Shown here in pieces: positions 44,444 to 53,922 of a stretch of 61,059 bases of DNA. The notes beneath the pieces were generated by a model. The model ran no database searches, was not told the origin of the DNA, and was given only the letters and a program-made list of their open reading frames with translations. The stretch lies in the IMG/VR virus record IMGVR_UViG_3300023247_000001, positions 1-61,059 of that record. The stretch is one strand, 5' to 3'. Position numbers and translations under genes: made by a program. The first letter of the stretch is position 1; each line of letters starts with the position of its first letter. Source of the stretch: a virus.

Positions 44444-45526
44444 CTACTCTCCGTAGTCGTCCGAGGCAAACTGTGTGGCCGCGCCGGTTATCGTAGTCCT
44501 GAGTTCCAATGAGGTCTTGTACCCGTTCCGGTCCATCCGATGCTTGCCCTCATTGATAATCCATTTTATCGAATCGAGCGCCGTGCCAAATCCCGAAAGC
44601 ATGACCGGATTTCCGGCCCGGTAGACCATCGACCCTGGGATGATTACCTCGGCCTTCAGGACGTGCATATTGGCGGCGTGGAGGTGGGCTTGTGCGCGTA
44701 GAGTGGCCTGCTGTGCGTTCTCTATCCGCTCCCGGACTAGTAGGGTGTCCTGAAGCCCTAAGTCAGCGCCCTGGGTAGCTGTGGCCGCCGCATTGGCTGT
44801 CGCCTGAAGAAGTTTCTTTGACAGCGGGTCGAAATACATGACCACGGCTTTCTTATATGTCTTGTCGCCGTGGTGCTGCTGGTGAATCCTGAATCGCGTG
44901 GAGTCGGTCTTGTAGATGTACTGCGCACTCTTGTCTGCCAAGCTGGAGATGGTCTTCGCGTCCAGCTTCGGGCGACTGTAGAAGACAAGTTGATTGCCGC
45001 GGATAGTGAACTCGTAGTTATGCGCGTTGGCGATGCGGTGCAGGAATCCGAGGTCAGTTTCAAGACGCTGCGTCAGGCGTTGATAAGGAACATCGGGGCT
45101 CACCTCTGAAGGGTCCACGCTCATGCCGTACTGGTTGGCGATGGTGTTCGCTATCGAGACAAGAGACTGTCCCTCGTAGGCAACTGATTTTGGAGTCCTG
45201 ATGGCGTGCGTAACCCCGGCCTGGATGGCGCGAATCAGGAACGTGTCTGGCGGTCCCTCTGCTTCCCACTCGTCCACTTCAAAGTTCCCGCAGGACACGA
45301 GAGACTGGCCTTGATAACCAATGGACAGGCTCAGCGCTGTGCCGATCTTCGGCGGATTGTTCGCCCACGCGCGCGCTGAGTCCTCGACCTGAATCTCCAG
45401 CACATTGGCTTTGCCGCCAATCGCTTCGTCGTAGTGGATGTGCTGGGAATGGGTCAGCAGGTTTCCGGCGACTTGAGTACCGCCGATCATAATTTGCCAC
45501 GCCGGGATTTGTACGGATGCGCTCAA
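44444..45526 (-). CDS. Late control gene D-like baseplate hub protein
   Basis: 360 aa; gpD-like N-terminal block and position. Confidence 0.7.
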   Translation of the reverse strand: MSASVQIPAWQIMIGGTQVAGNLLTHSQHIHYDEAIGGKANVLEIQVEDSARAWANNPPKIGTALSLSIGYQGQSLVSCGNFEVDEWEAEGPPDTFLIRAIQAGVTHAIRTPKSVAYEGQSLVSIANTIANQYGMSVDPSEVSPDVPYQRLTQRLETDLGFLHRIANAHNYEFTIRGNQLVFYSRPKLDAKTISSLADKSAQYIYKTDSTRFRIHQQHHGDKTYKKAVVMYFDPLSKKLLQATANAAATATQGADLGLQDTLLVRERIENAQQATLRAQAHLHAANMHVLKAEVIIPGSMVYRAGNPVMLSGFGTALDSIKWIINEGKHRMDRNGYKTSLELRTTITGAATQFASDDYGE

Positions 45527-45831
45527 TCTTCCTGCTCCGGTAATTCAACTGTCTGACCTGCAAGAGCGTGGGTGCAATCGCCAAGAAACTGGATTTTCCC
45601 ATCAGTCACAAAGGAATGACAAACTCGCTCTGTGCGCCACTCTTTAAACTCCTCAATCGCATCAGGATTGGCAGGATAGGTCACTTTGATTGACGGGGTA
45701 AACGTGGGAGAGTTGACGCTCCCGTTCCACCCCCAAGCGTGCGCTCCTGCTATAGGTATGCCGTGGCTTTCTTTGCATCCTGGACATTCAAATATTGCGA
45801 AATTGTCGCTAGCTATGCTGACCTTTGCCAT
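45523..45831 (-). CDS. Hypothetical Cys/His protein
   Basis: 102 aa; CPGC...CHSF...C..H. Confidence 0.5.
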   Translation of the reverse strand: MAKVSIASDNFAIFECPGCKESHGIPIAGAHAWGWNGSVNSPTFTPSIKVTYPANPDAIEEFKEWRTERVCHSFVTDGKIQFLGDCTHALAGQTVELPEQED

Positions 45832-45834
45832 TTA

Positions 45835-46119
45835 TCAACCCCACGGCGTGCTGCTGGTTGTGCTGGTCGCTGGTGTGATCAGCGGGACGAAAACCTGAAC
45901 TCCCTGCGCCACATAGTCGCCAATCGGAATCCCTGGATTATTTTGGATAAGGGACTCCACCTCAAATGGGGTTCCATACATTTTCTGGCTTATCGCGTCC
46001 CAGCGTTCCCCTTTGGACACGTAAATAATTCCCGATGACGGTGCGGACGGATTGACGTAGGTGGTAACGAGTGACGCTGTCAGGACCCCGCTTCCACCGT
46101 TTGGAATTACAACTGGCAT
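45835..46119 (-). CDS. Tail protein X-like (LysM-like)
   Basis: GERWDAISQKMYGTPFEVESLIQNNPGIPI...VFVPLI. Confidence 0.65.
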   Translation of the reverse strand: MPVVIPNGGSGVLTASLVTTYVNPSAPSSGIIYVSKGERWDAISQKMYGTPFEVESLIQNNPGIPIGDYVAQGVQVFVPLITPATSTTSSTPWG

Positions 46120-46698
46120 TTATGCAGCCCTCGCAATCGTGCTCAACGGGACATTGGTGTACGGCGTCTGTGCCGGTATTCCCGAGGGGGAAGCCGTCGC
46201 GGGACTCACGACAAGCGTTGAGCCGGCCGCCGCGCTCTGTGAAGTAGTGAGCCCTGGGGGGTTGGTGTTGATTGTCGAGTTGCCGATGGTCCCGACCGTC
46301 ATGGTGTTGCTCTGTAGCGTGGACGGCGCGACATACTCGGTCAGTTCAAGATCCATCTCCGCTGCGATTACAGAGCCGTCGTCTGCCATCCACCGCTGTT
46401 TTAGACGGTAGTTCGAGATGACGAATGTCCCGAGGTTGTTCTTGTTCCCGAATACAAACTGCTGTGGAACGTGGAAGTCGGCAAGCTGCGTCAGCGCATT
46501 GATGGCCGTCTGCGGCTTGCACCAAAAGTTGTGAAGGTAGATCGACAGTTCAACGTGACGGAGATTGTCGTATATCCATTGCAAGACAGGCGGCGCACCG
46601 ATCACGTTGATCGCTTCGTAATGGTACTTTTTTTCGATCTCCAGTTTGGTCGGACTCGCAAGAGGCTGGAAACTGACTGGTCCGAAAGATGCAAACAT
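46120..46698 (-). CDS. Tail protein, gpU-like
   Basis: MFASFGPVSF...YHYEAINVIGAPPVLQWIYDNL...GTFVISNY...LELTEYV. Confidence 0.7.
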   Translation of the reverse strand: MFASFGPVSFQPLASPTKLEIEKKYHYEAINVIGAPPVLQWIYDNLRHVELSIYLHNFWCKPQTAINALTQLADFHVPQQFVFGNKNNLGTFVISNYRLKQRWMADDGSVIAAEMDLELTEYVAPSTLQSNTMTVGTIGNSTINTNPPGLTTSQSAAAGSTLVVSPATASPSGIPAQTPYTNVPLSTIARAA

Positions 46699-48500
46699 TA
46701 GCGTGCCCCCTCAAGTGACGGGTTTCCGAAACTGCGCCGTGCATCGTCGTGCTGGATGTCGTGAAGGAATCGCATCAGGTTATCGCTATGCTGGTCGAGC
46801 GCTCCGCGGACAGCACTCCCAACTTGCTGACCGTCAACTCCTGCACCAACTTGCACGGAAACTGTTGCACCCTCCATGTAGTGTAGATGCGTCTCCACTT
46901 CCCGTATCTGGTGAGAGATGTCTGAAGGTTCAGCCATGTGCGCGGAAAAAATTTCTGCCGGGGATGCTGCAAACCGAGGGTCGAAGTGCTGTTTATCGAA
47001 TGGGTGTACGGGCAGGGTGGGGTTCATGTGCGCGCCAGGATGCAAACCCATAGCCTCTTCGATGTCTTTGATGTGGTAGAGAGCCTCCGCGATTGCTACC
47101 AGTCCTGCCAAGGCAACGACTACCCATCCCAGCGGGTTCGCAGCGAAGACGAGGGACATTGCCTCTCCCGCTGTTGCCGCCCCACCGATAGCCGCCGTGA
47201 TGCCAAAGATGGCAGTCTGCATCATCCCAAAGAGTGCCGTAATGCCAGTAATCCTCGACGCGAGCGCGATGAATGGAGCAATCATCTTTCCGGCCCCGAC
47301 GATGCCTGCCAAAGTCACTAGCCCTGCAGAAGCTAGGGTCAGGTCGCCTATGATGCCAGTAAGCGTCGGGTGTAGCTTTGAGAACTCAGTGATTCCGACT
47401 GCTGTTCCTTTGAGTGCGTCAGAAATGCCGTCGATTTGAGGCTTGAGTCCTGCTCCCAGTGCAACCCGAAGGTTAGTTGCCGAGTCCGCCAGTTCCTTCC
47501 ATCCTGAAGACGTGAGTTCGTTGACCTTCTTTGCGTCCTTGGCTGATTCTCCTGCGTCCGCATTGAACCGGGCAAGTGTCGTGTTCATGTCACCCATGTT
47601 CTGCACCAGCAGTCCGAGTGCGTCATTCTGGCCTTTCATTTGGTTCACAAGGGCTGAGCGTTGCGCACTGGGTAAGTTGGCAATCTGCTGCAACGTCGCA
47701 ATCAGGTCGAGATGCTTCTCTTTCGTTCGCTGGATATGAAGTCCGTACCGGGCGAGTTCGTTGGTCCCGTTCTTGTTCGATTCGGTGAGCTTGTCGATGA
47801 TTCCCTTGACGACAATCGCAGCACCAGCGCGGCCACCTTGCCCGAGTTTGCTCAACTCAGCCCAAACGGTGAAGAGTTGGTCCACATCCACATGAGTCTT
47901 TCCGGCAACCTGCCCCAACTGCCGCAAGTCCCGCTCCATATTTCCAACCGGAGCATCGGACTTCAGGAAGCCGGCGCGCAACAGTGCCAGATTGTCGGAC
48001 AGTTTCTCAAGAGACTCGTTTGTGTCCTTGCCCTTGATTTTCAGGTTCTCGAAGGCTGAGCCGAGGATGTTTGACCCTGTCGTCGCATCCACCCGCAAGG
48101 CCGTTGCGAGTTGCGTGGCGATCTCCGTAGCCTTCAGGGTGGCACCCACATCCCCGAGTTTCTTGTACATGTTCTCCTGGGCTGTGGTGATGTCCTCCGC
48201 AGACTTCGGGAACTTGATGGAAAGCTCTTCCGCCTGCTCCTGAAACTGCTTCAATGCCTCCGCGCTGTCGTTCGTGACCATCCGCAGGCCAACCTGGGCA
48301 TCCTCAAAGGCAGACGCGGGCTCGATAATGCCCTTCAGCATCTCGTAGCCCGCTCCGATCTCTAACGCCGAATACCAGATGCCGTGGAGGCTGTCCGAGA
48401 ACGCTTCAAAGCTCTCGCTCACCTTCTTCAGCGGCTCTGTTGCCTCGTCGCGGAGTTGGACGAGAACCTTCAGGATGGATGTTTGATCGTCTTCGCTCAA
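46698..48500 (-). CDS. Tail tape measure protein
   Basis: 600 aa; helical N-terminal part, hydrophobic Gly/Ala-rich C-terminal part; position; TTG start. Confidence 0.8.
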   Translation of the reverse strand: MSEDDQTSILKVLVQLRDEATEPLKKVSESFEAFSDSLHGIWYSALEIGAGYEMLKGIIEPASAFEDAQVGLRMVTNDSAEALKQFQEQAEELSIKFPKSAEDITTAQENMYKKLGDVGATLKATEIATQLATALRVDATTGSNILGSAFENLKIKGKDTNESLEKLSDNLALLRAGFLKSDAPVGNMERDLRQLGQVAGKTHVDVDQLFTVWAELSKLGQGGRAGAAIVVKGIIDKLTESNKNGTNELARYGLHIQRTKEKHLDLIATLQQIANLPSAQRSALVNQMKGQNDALGLLVQNMGDMNTTLARFNADAGESAKDAKKVNELTSSGWKELADSATNLRVALGAGLKPQIDGISDALKGTAVGITEFSKLHPTLTGIIGDLTLASAGLVTLAGIVGAGKMIAPFIALASRITGITALFGMMQTAIFGITAAIGGAATAGEAMSLVFAANPLGWVVVALAGLVAIAEALYHIKDIEEAMGLHPGAHMNPTLPVHPFDKQHFDPRFAASPAEIFSAHMAEPSDISHQIREVETHLHYMEGATVSVQVGAGVDGQQVGSAVRGALDQHSDNLMRFLHDIQHDDARRSFGNPSLEGAR

Positions 48501-48646
48501 GGTTTCCTCCGCTTCGGAATGCGCTTCTCAACTGCCTTCGAGTAGGAGTGCATAACTAGATACCACCCCACCAAATCGCCTATTGACATGGAATCGATGG
48601 ATTCAGGACTGACCCCTTCATGTACCATCGCGCCCAGTGCTTCCAT
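48497..48646 (-). CDS. Small ORF in the -1 frame after the tail chaperone (possible frameshift extension)
   Basis: MEALGAMVHEGVSPESIDSMSIGDLVGWYLVMHSYSKAVEKRIPKRRKP; read manually; the frame stays open upstream into the chaperone gene. Confidence 0.4.
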   Translation of the reverse strand: MEALGAMVHEGVSPESIDSMSIGDLVGWYLVMHSYSKAVEKRIPKRRKP

Positions 48647-48648
48647 GC

Positions 48649-49059
48649 TTAGGACGATTGGTCTGTTGGCGCGTCCTGAGCGGGTTTCGGCGCGTCCGGC
48701 GCTGGAGGTATCGTTGCGATCAGCTGGTCTACCTTCAGGAGTAGACCAATCCTCTGGAGCAAAGGGCGCAATACCTGAGAGACCTCGGCACGAAAAACCA
48801 TCGCATCATCGAAGTCCATCTCGTCCACGTCTTCCATGCGGATGCGTTTGCCATCCACGAGGGAAAGCCGGGAAGCCAGAGCATCCTGAATCTTGATGCT
48901 ATCTGCGTTTTCGCCGGCGACCGTAGCGGCCAAGCGCTGGTCACGGCCGGTCCCTTTGAGCAAGATCACATGCTTGCCAGAGGGGAGGTCGAACTCGCGG
49001 CGAATCTGTTCGGGGGAGGGGGTTGTATCGGAAGTAAGTACGATGGGTCCTGTTGCCAT
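48649..49059 (-). CDS. Tail assembly chaperone (gpE/gpG-like by position)
   Basis: 136 aa between the tube-module genes and the tape measure; ATG at 49059 with a GAGGTG RBS. Confidence 0.5.
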   Translation of the reverse strand: MATGPIVLTSDTTPSPEQIRREFDLPSGKHVILLKGTGRDQRLAATVAGENADSIKIQDALASRLSLVDGKRIRMEDVDEMDFDDAMVFRAEVSQVLRPLLQRIGLLLKVDQLIATIPPAPDAPKPAQDAPTDQSS

Positions 49060-49104
49060 TTTAATCACCTCACGCCAGTGCTTGGCTATGGTTGTGGTCG
49101 GCCT

Positions 49105-49401
49105 CTACGTCCCTTGCGAGATGTTGAGCCGAACATTGAAAGTGCATCCGTCAGTCACGAAGCCGATGAACCCGCTTGATACTGCCGTCAAAAACTCAGC
49201 AGGCGCACCGGGCAAGATTGCGAGTCCCGTCTGGGGAGTGACCACAACAGGACTCGACGCACCCAGTGCTACATACACGGGTTCTGCTCCTACATTGACA
49301 AGACGCAGTGTTGCTCCCGTGCCAGGATTGGAGATTGTCTGCGCGATTCCGCTTGCTACGACTTGCTGCGAAGCGGACGGTGCATATCCATTGGCTGCCA
49401 C
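49105..49401 (-). CDS. Hypothetical tail-module protein
   Basis: 98-aa ORF. Confidence 0.5.
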   Translation of the reverse strand: MAANGYAPSASQQVVASGIAQTISNPGTGATLRLVNVGAEPVYVALGASSPVVVTPQTGLAILPGAPAEFLTAVSSGFIGFVTDGCTFNVRLNISQGT

Positions 49402-49404
49402 TTA

Positions 49405-49926
49405 TCAACCTCCGATGTTCGCTCGGTAACCGGCCAACTGGTCAACGCCATTCACGACGTACTGGTTCGAAAAAGCGTCAAAGAGGTAAATCTGGACGCC
49501 TCCGACGCTCAGGTCGACGTGGTAAACGTCGAAGCTGGAAGTGAACTCGACCAACTCCTGAGACTTGAAATCCACGTCGCCCACGTCGAACGGAACGCCG
49601 TTGAAGTTGTAGATGACAGGACTCTCGGAAATCTCCCCGTTCGCCGATAGGGTCTGCAAGTCGCCCAGGCAGCTTATGGAGCACGTCTGGCTGGACAAGG
49701 CCACTTGGCTGATGGTGTCAGGATCGAACGAAGACCATTTGATGGTGGACTCCATCATGTCCCAGCCGGTCGGGATCTTGATGCGCGCGGCCATGCCGAG
49801 GCCCTTGTAGTCTGTCCTGATGCGCTTGGGCTGAGGAATCTTGACTTCGGCGGCGCGCCCGAGGAGTTCGACACCGTTCAAGTACACGTTGCAATTGCTC
49901 AGCGAATTGATGACAAGATTTGCCAC
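49405..49926 (-). CDS. Tail tube protein (P2 FII-like)
   Basis: NVYLNGVELLGRAAEVKIPQPKRIRTDYKGLGMAARIKIPTGWDMMESTIKW. Confidence 0.75.
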   Translation of the reverse strand: MANLVINSLSNCNVYLNGVELLGRAAEVKIPQPKRIRTDYKGLGMAARIKIPTGWDMMESTIKWSSFDPDTISQVALSSQTCSISCLGDLQTLSANGEISESPVIYNFNGVPFDVGDVDFKSQELVEFTSSFDVYHVDLSVGGVQIYLFDAFSNQYVVNGVDQLAGYRANIGG

Positions 49927-49936
49927 GGTGCGCTCC

Positions 49937-52246
49937 TTATGCGGTCACGTTGAAGTTGCTGGTTGTGCTGGTGCTCGTTACGGATGCCCCGAGGTTCGCA
50001 AGCAGGCTGGTGTTGATGGAGAAGTTGTAAATGATCTGCTCGGCCGGCGGCGGCGGCATCACGCTTACTTCAAACGTGAGTTGCCCATTCGCCAGACTCG
50101 CAGGGGGGTTGTCAACCGGGTTGTAGGTGACCGTGCTTCCAGCAATCAATGCGCCCTGCTGAATCAGCGAGTTGATAAAGGCGTTCACGCTCTGCAAGAT
50201 CGAATTGATGAGGCCGTTGGTGATGGGCTTGTCGGCAAAGGGGAGCGAACTGTACTGGATGCTCTGCTCCACAACGTCGAGGGTCCTGCGAACGGCGATA
50301 AACGTGGTCACTGCGCCGCTCGACGGGAAGCTAGATGCCCGGTTGCCCCAGGTCCTGTATCCAGTCCCGAAGCCGTTGAATACCGTCATGATGCCGGCCG
50401 CGTTCAGCGCGTTCGTGTCCGAAGTCGGATCGTAGGCGCTCATGTAGAGACTGACATCAGGACCCAGAATCCCGTTGATGATAGTGTTCGACGGCGAGAA
50501 CCAGAAGCCATTGGCGATGTCGTTGGCTGCTGTAGCTCCGGCAACCCAAGTGCTGTACGGCGTGTCCACTGTGCCGGTAACGTTCGTGTATCCGATGGTC
50601 CCTTGTGCGCTCACCGTGACTCCGGTGGGGCTGATGGTGGTGGGCGTCTTCAACTGCCATGGGAAAGTGAGGGCGAGCCGGTCGCTGGCCTGATTGAAGG
50701 CATTTCCGGCGGCGCCACGGTTGGCGATAGCGGTTGCCACGGTCGTGTTCGGCGGCGCGTCGGTGAACGAGATGGCCCGGAGCTTCGTCGCCATGGCCAG
50801 CAGATTGGCGCTGGTCGACGCATCGTAGAAGGTTGGGGTGATGAGCAGTTTGGCGAACAGTCCCATCGTCTGGAATGTGGTCTGCAAGGCTTGGATGCCG
50901 GTGTAGGTGCTTCCGGTCACGGTCCCGATGATGTCGGTGTAGGCAACCTTGGACGGGTCGCAGTAGGCACCGGAGACCTGCAATGCCTGCGCTGAGGTGA
51001 TTGCGCCGCCGCTCTTGGTGTAGAGCAGGCCGTTCACGTAGTCGATGGTGTAGTCGGTGTTCTCGACGTAGGTCGTCGATCCGGCCTGGTTCTTTACCAC
51101 GACGGTGGTAGGCGGTCCAGCGAAGGTCACGTTGAAGGTGGCGCCGGTGCCACTTCCCGAGGTGCTGGCCTGAGATACAGGATTCGACGGCGTGGCCGAG
51201 TAGCTGCCGGCCGTCGTGATATTCGCAGTATTCACACCAAAGACGCCAAGGTTGAAGGTTGCCCCGGTTCCGAGTCCTGTTGAGCTTGCCTGTGTCAGTG
51301 CCGCGCTGTTCACCGTGAAGACGCCAGCATTGACGATGCTGAAGGTGGCCACGCCCAGGGTAATTGCCAGTTCGGCGCCAACCAGTCCAGCACCCGTTAC
51401 CGGCTCAAGAGTTGGCGCGGTAGGGTTGACCGTGTAGGAGCCCGCCAAGGTGATGGACAGTACCGCGGTAATCGCGCCGCTGGCCACCGTCACAGATGCC
51501 TGGAAGCGTGTCCCGGTTCCAGTCGTACCCGTGACGGTCTGAGTCCCGTTGGTGCCGCCGCTTCCGCCCGCCGCCACAGTGGCCGCTGTGACCTGCGTCG
51601 ATGTCACTGTGAGTTGCGGCGCAACTGAGGACGTGCCACCAGTGAGCGTAACGCTGTCACCTGCTGCGTAGTTGTGCGATGTAGCGCCGCCGGGGGCATT
51701 CACCGCCAGAGACACGAGCTTTGTCGTGGCCACCGTCAGGACAGCAGAGACGGAAGCGGTTCCACCAGCCAAGGTGATCGTGTCGGCTGTTGCATAGCTG
51801 TGGCTTGCCGCGCCGCCCGCCTGCGCCACGGTGTCAACCGAAGCGGTAGAAAGGGGAGTGTTGGGCAAGCCTGGACCAATTAGGCCCATGTGACCGAGTG
51901 TTACCGGCACACTGTTGGATGCGGGTCCTGTCAAGGGATTGGTCGCAAAGGTGCTTTGATGCAGGAGCGGGTTGAACACGTCGATGACGATGACGGCACC
52001 CGCGCCCTGGAGTTGAATGTCCGCAAGAGCTTCAGGAATCGTGTAGCCGGCAATCTGTTTACCGAAGTTCGACCCCTGCGCGGCGGACTGAATGAGCGTC
52101 GGGACATTGATTCCGGGTCCTGCTCCAGACGATGCCGACCACTGCGGAGCCGAGCCGATGAGGCCAATAACTGCCGAGTTGACCACCTGAATGGATACGC
52201 CGTTAGTGTTGACCTCGGTTACCGTGATGCCATGGAAGAAAGCCAT
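49937..52246 (-). CDS. Tail sheath protein with ~240-aa repeat insertion
   Basis: MAFFHGITVTEV...IGLIGSAP sheath N-terminus; ATG at 52246 with AAAGGAG; 769 aa. Confidence 0.75.
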   Translation of the reverse strand: MAFFHGITVTEVNTNGVSIQVVNSAVIGLIGSAPQWSASSGAGPGINVPTLIQSAAQGSNFGKQIAGYTIPEALADIQLQGAGAVIVIDVFNPLLHQSTFATNPLTGPASNSVPVTLGHMGLIGPGLPNTPLSTASVDTVAQAGGAASHSYATADTITLAGGTASVSAVLTVATTKLVSLAVNAPGGATSHNYAAGDSVTLTGGTSSVAPQLTVTSTQVTAATVAAGGSGGTNGTQTVTGTTGTGTRFQASVTVASGAITAVLSITLAGSYTVNPTAPTLEPVTGAGLVGAELAITLGVATFSIVNAGVFTVNSAALTQASSTGLGTGATFNLGVFGVNTANITTAGSYSATPSNPVSQASTSGSGTGATFNVTFAGPPTTVVVKNQAGSTTYVENTDYTIDYVNGLLYTKSGGAITSAQALQVSGAYCDPSKVAYTDIIGTVTGSTYTGIQALQTTFQTMGLFAKLLITPTFYDASTSANLLAMATKLRAISFTDAPPNTTVATAIANRGAAGNAFNQASDRLALTFPWQLKTPTTISPTGVTVSAQGTIGYTNVTGTVDTPYSTWVAGATAANDIANGFWFSPSNTIINGILGPDVSLYMSAYDPTSDTNALNAAGIMTVFNGFGTGYRTWGNRASSFPSSGAVTTFIAVRRTLDVVEQSIQYSSLPFADKPITNGLINSILQSVNAFINSLIQQGALIAGSTVTYNPVDNPPASLANGQLTFEVSVMPPPPAEQIIYNFSINTSLLANLGASVTSTSTTSNFNVTA

Positions 52247-52356
52247 TTTCTCCGCTCCTTTGCCGCCAAACGTGAAAAAGCCGGGACGAATCCGGCTTAT
52301 CAAGCCTTCTCCATCCCGGCCAGGTTGTTCCTGTACCGTCGATACAAAGTGTATCA
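52247..52356 (-). promoter_or_regulatory. Late leader cassette C, upstream of the sheath/tail operon
   Basis: Minus strand TGATACACT (52348-52356), GACGGTACAG (52331-52340), stem GCCGGGATG/CGTCCCGGC (52280-52288 with 52312-52320), TTTTT (52275-52279), then AAAGGAG. Confidence 0.6.
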
Positions 52357-52361
52357 GGTTG

Positions 52362-52970
52362 CTACTCTGATGGGACGATGACCTTATCTCCGCTCGGAGT
52401 AACGTTGAAAATCGCTTGCTGCAAGTTCGCCAGCGCGTAAGAGGGCAACAGCCGCGGGCGAATGGTGAGGACGTTGAAAGTCAGATCGTAAAGCCAGACG
52501 CGCCCTTGTGGGTCCTGTTCCGAGAATCTTTCCTCAGTGAAGTAGGCGTGACGGCATCCGGTAGGCTGGAATCCACCCAGCGCTGATTCAATCGCATCGA
52601 TGAGAGCATAGACTGAGCCGGCCCCACTGAGGTTCCACGCCGTCTTGCGCGCCTCGACATGGACCTTGAATTGAAGAGTGCGCTCCTGGACCATGCTCGA
52701 CGTTGCAAGCGGTTTCGAGAGTCCCGTGTTGCTGTAGGAGATCAGGACAAAAGCTATCGCCGATGATGCCCACCACGTATCAAGGTCAAATGCCGGGTAG
52801 ATGTAGACCGGGATCGCCAGGGAACCGGAAGCAAAGAACGCCACAAGTTGCGCGGCAATCTGGTTCTGAATTGAGTCCACGGTAAGGGACGCGGGGGGCG
52901 TGTTGGTCCTGCCGCCCCATGCCGTCGGGTCGATCTGTACCGGGAGCGCGCCATAGGTGGGGTCGCTCAT
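52362..52970 (-). CDS. Hypothetical protein (tail completion/terminator by position)
   Basis: 202-aa ORF immediately upstream of the sheath leader. Confidence 0.5.
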   Translation of the reverse strand: MSDPTYGALPVQIDPTAWGGRTNTPPASLTVDSIQNQIAAQLVAFFASGSLAIPVYIYPAFDLDTWWASSAIAFVLISYSNTGLSKPLATSSMVQERTLQFKVHVEARKTAWNLSGAGSVYALIDAIESALGGFQPTGCRHAYFTEERFSEQDPQGRVWLYDLTFNVLTIRPRLLPSYALANLQQAIFNVTPSGDKVIVPSE

Positions 52971-53414
52971 TTACGTGTTCGCCTTTGCGCTCAGTTTCTC
53001 GGCTCGCGCCGCCGCTTCCTCTGCCAACTTCTGATGCTCAGCCGCGCCCTTGGGGAGGTTGTCACGGTAGGAGTTGGCAGCTTGCCGATAATGGTCCTGA
53101 GCCTGTCCATGAGCGGCTGCGGCCTCCAGATGTTTGGCCTTCTGCTCGACAGTGAGTTCGGGCGGTGCCTGTATATCCTGAACGCCTCCCCAGCCGTAGG
53201 CCTTGCGCTCATGTTCGCCCTTCATCTGCGAGTGGTGCAGACCATGGGCAATGGCCAGGTGCATCTTCTCTTCGCTGGCACCGGCGTCCCGCTTTGCCAT
53301 TGCCAGTCCGCGCGTCTGGCCGCATAGAACACAAGTGCAGCCCACGCCGTGATTGTTGTATGGGTTAGGAGTTGCCGACTTCGCCATTCCCATTCTGGAG
53401 TCTTCGTAGAACAT
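52971..53414 (-). CDS. Hypothetical protein sharing an N-terminal decapeptide with 54574..55065
   Basis: MFYEDSRMGM...; helical His/Ala-rich C-terminal half. Confidence 0.55.
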   Translation of the reverse strand: MFYEDSRMGMAKSATPNPYNNHGVGCTCVLCGQTRGLAMAKRDAGASEEKMHLAIAHGLHHSQMKGEHERKAYGWGGVQDIQAPPELTVEQKAKHLEAAAAHGQAQDHYRQAANSYRDNLPKGAAEHQKLAEEAAARAEKLSAKANT

Positions 53415-53417
53415 TTG

Positions 53418-53888
53418 TCACCTCGAATGCGGCAGTACGATTTCTACGCCGAAGTTCTGTTTGCTCTGACGTTGCGACGATGAGCCTGTGATTGTCAAGG
53501 TGCGATGCGTGATCCAGCACTCTTGCACCAGACCGCCCAAAGTCAAGTCCGCCGTGGGTCCTACTGAGTCTTGGATGGCGCTCTCAACCGCATCCGCAAG
53601 GTTGTTAAGATTTGAGACATTGGTCTCATCTGGAACTTCGCCTTGAAGGGAAACAACTGAAATCGTGCAGAGTAGAGATACCCGCGCAGGCGCAAATAGA
53701 ACGCTACGGTCATAGATTTCACCGGCCTCCATCATGAAAAATGCGGGGTACTGCTCCTCGGCCAGGTCGGTATCAGGAACCGGACGACGGCCAGCATAGT
53801 TGAACGGGCTTGTCGGGGTCACGAGCGCCGCTTTCAACTGCGCGAAGAATGCCGAGTATATGGCCTCGCGGCCTAGTGGGTGTCCCAT
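53418..53888 (-). CDS. Hypothetical head-tail joining protein
   Basis: ATG at 53888 with GGAGG 7 nt upstream; 156 aa. Confidence 0.5.
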   Translation of the reverse strand: MGHPLGREAIYSAFFAQLKAALVTPTSPFNYAGRRPVPDTDLAEEQYPAFFMMEAGEIYDRSVLFAPARVSLLCTISVVSLQGEVPDETNVSNLNNLADAVESAIQDSVGPTADLTLGGLVQECWITHRTLTITGSSSQRQSKQNFGVEIVLPHSR

Positions 53889-53922
53889 CAGCAAGCCTCC
53901 AAAGAAAAATTAAACCAGATGC

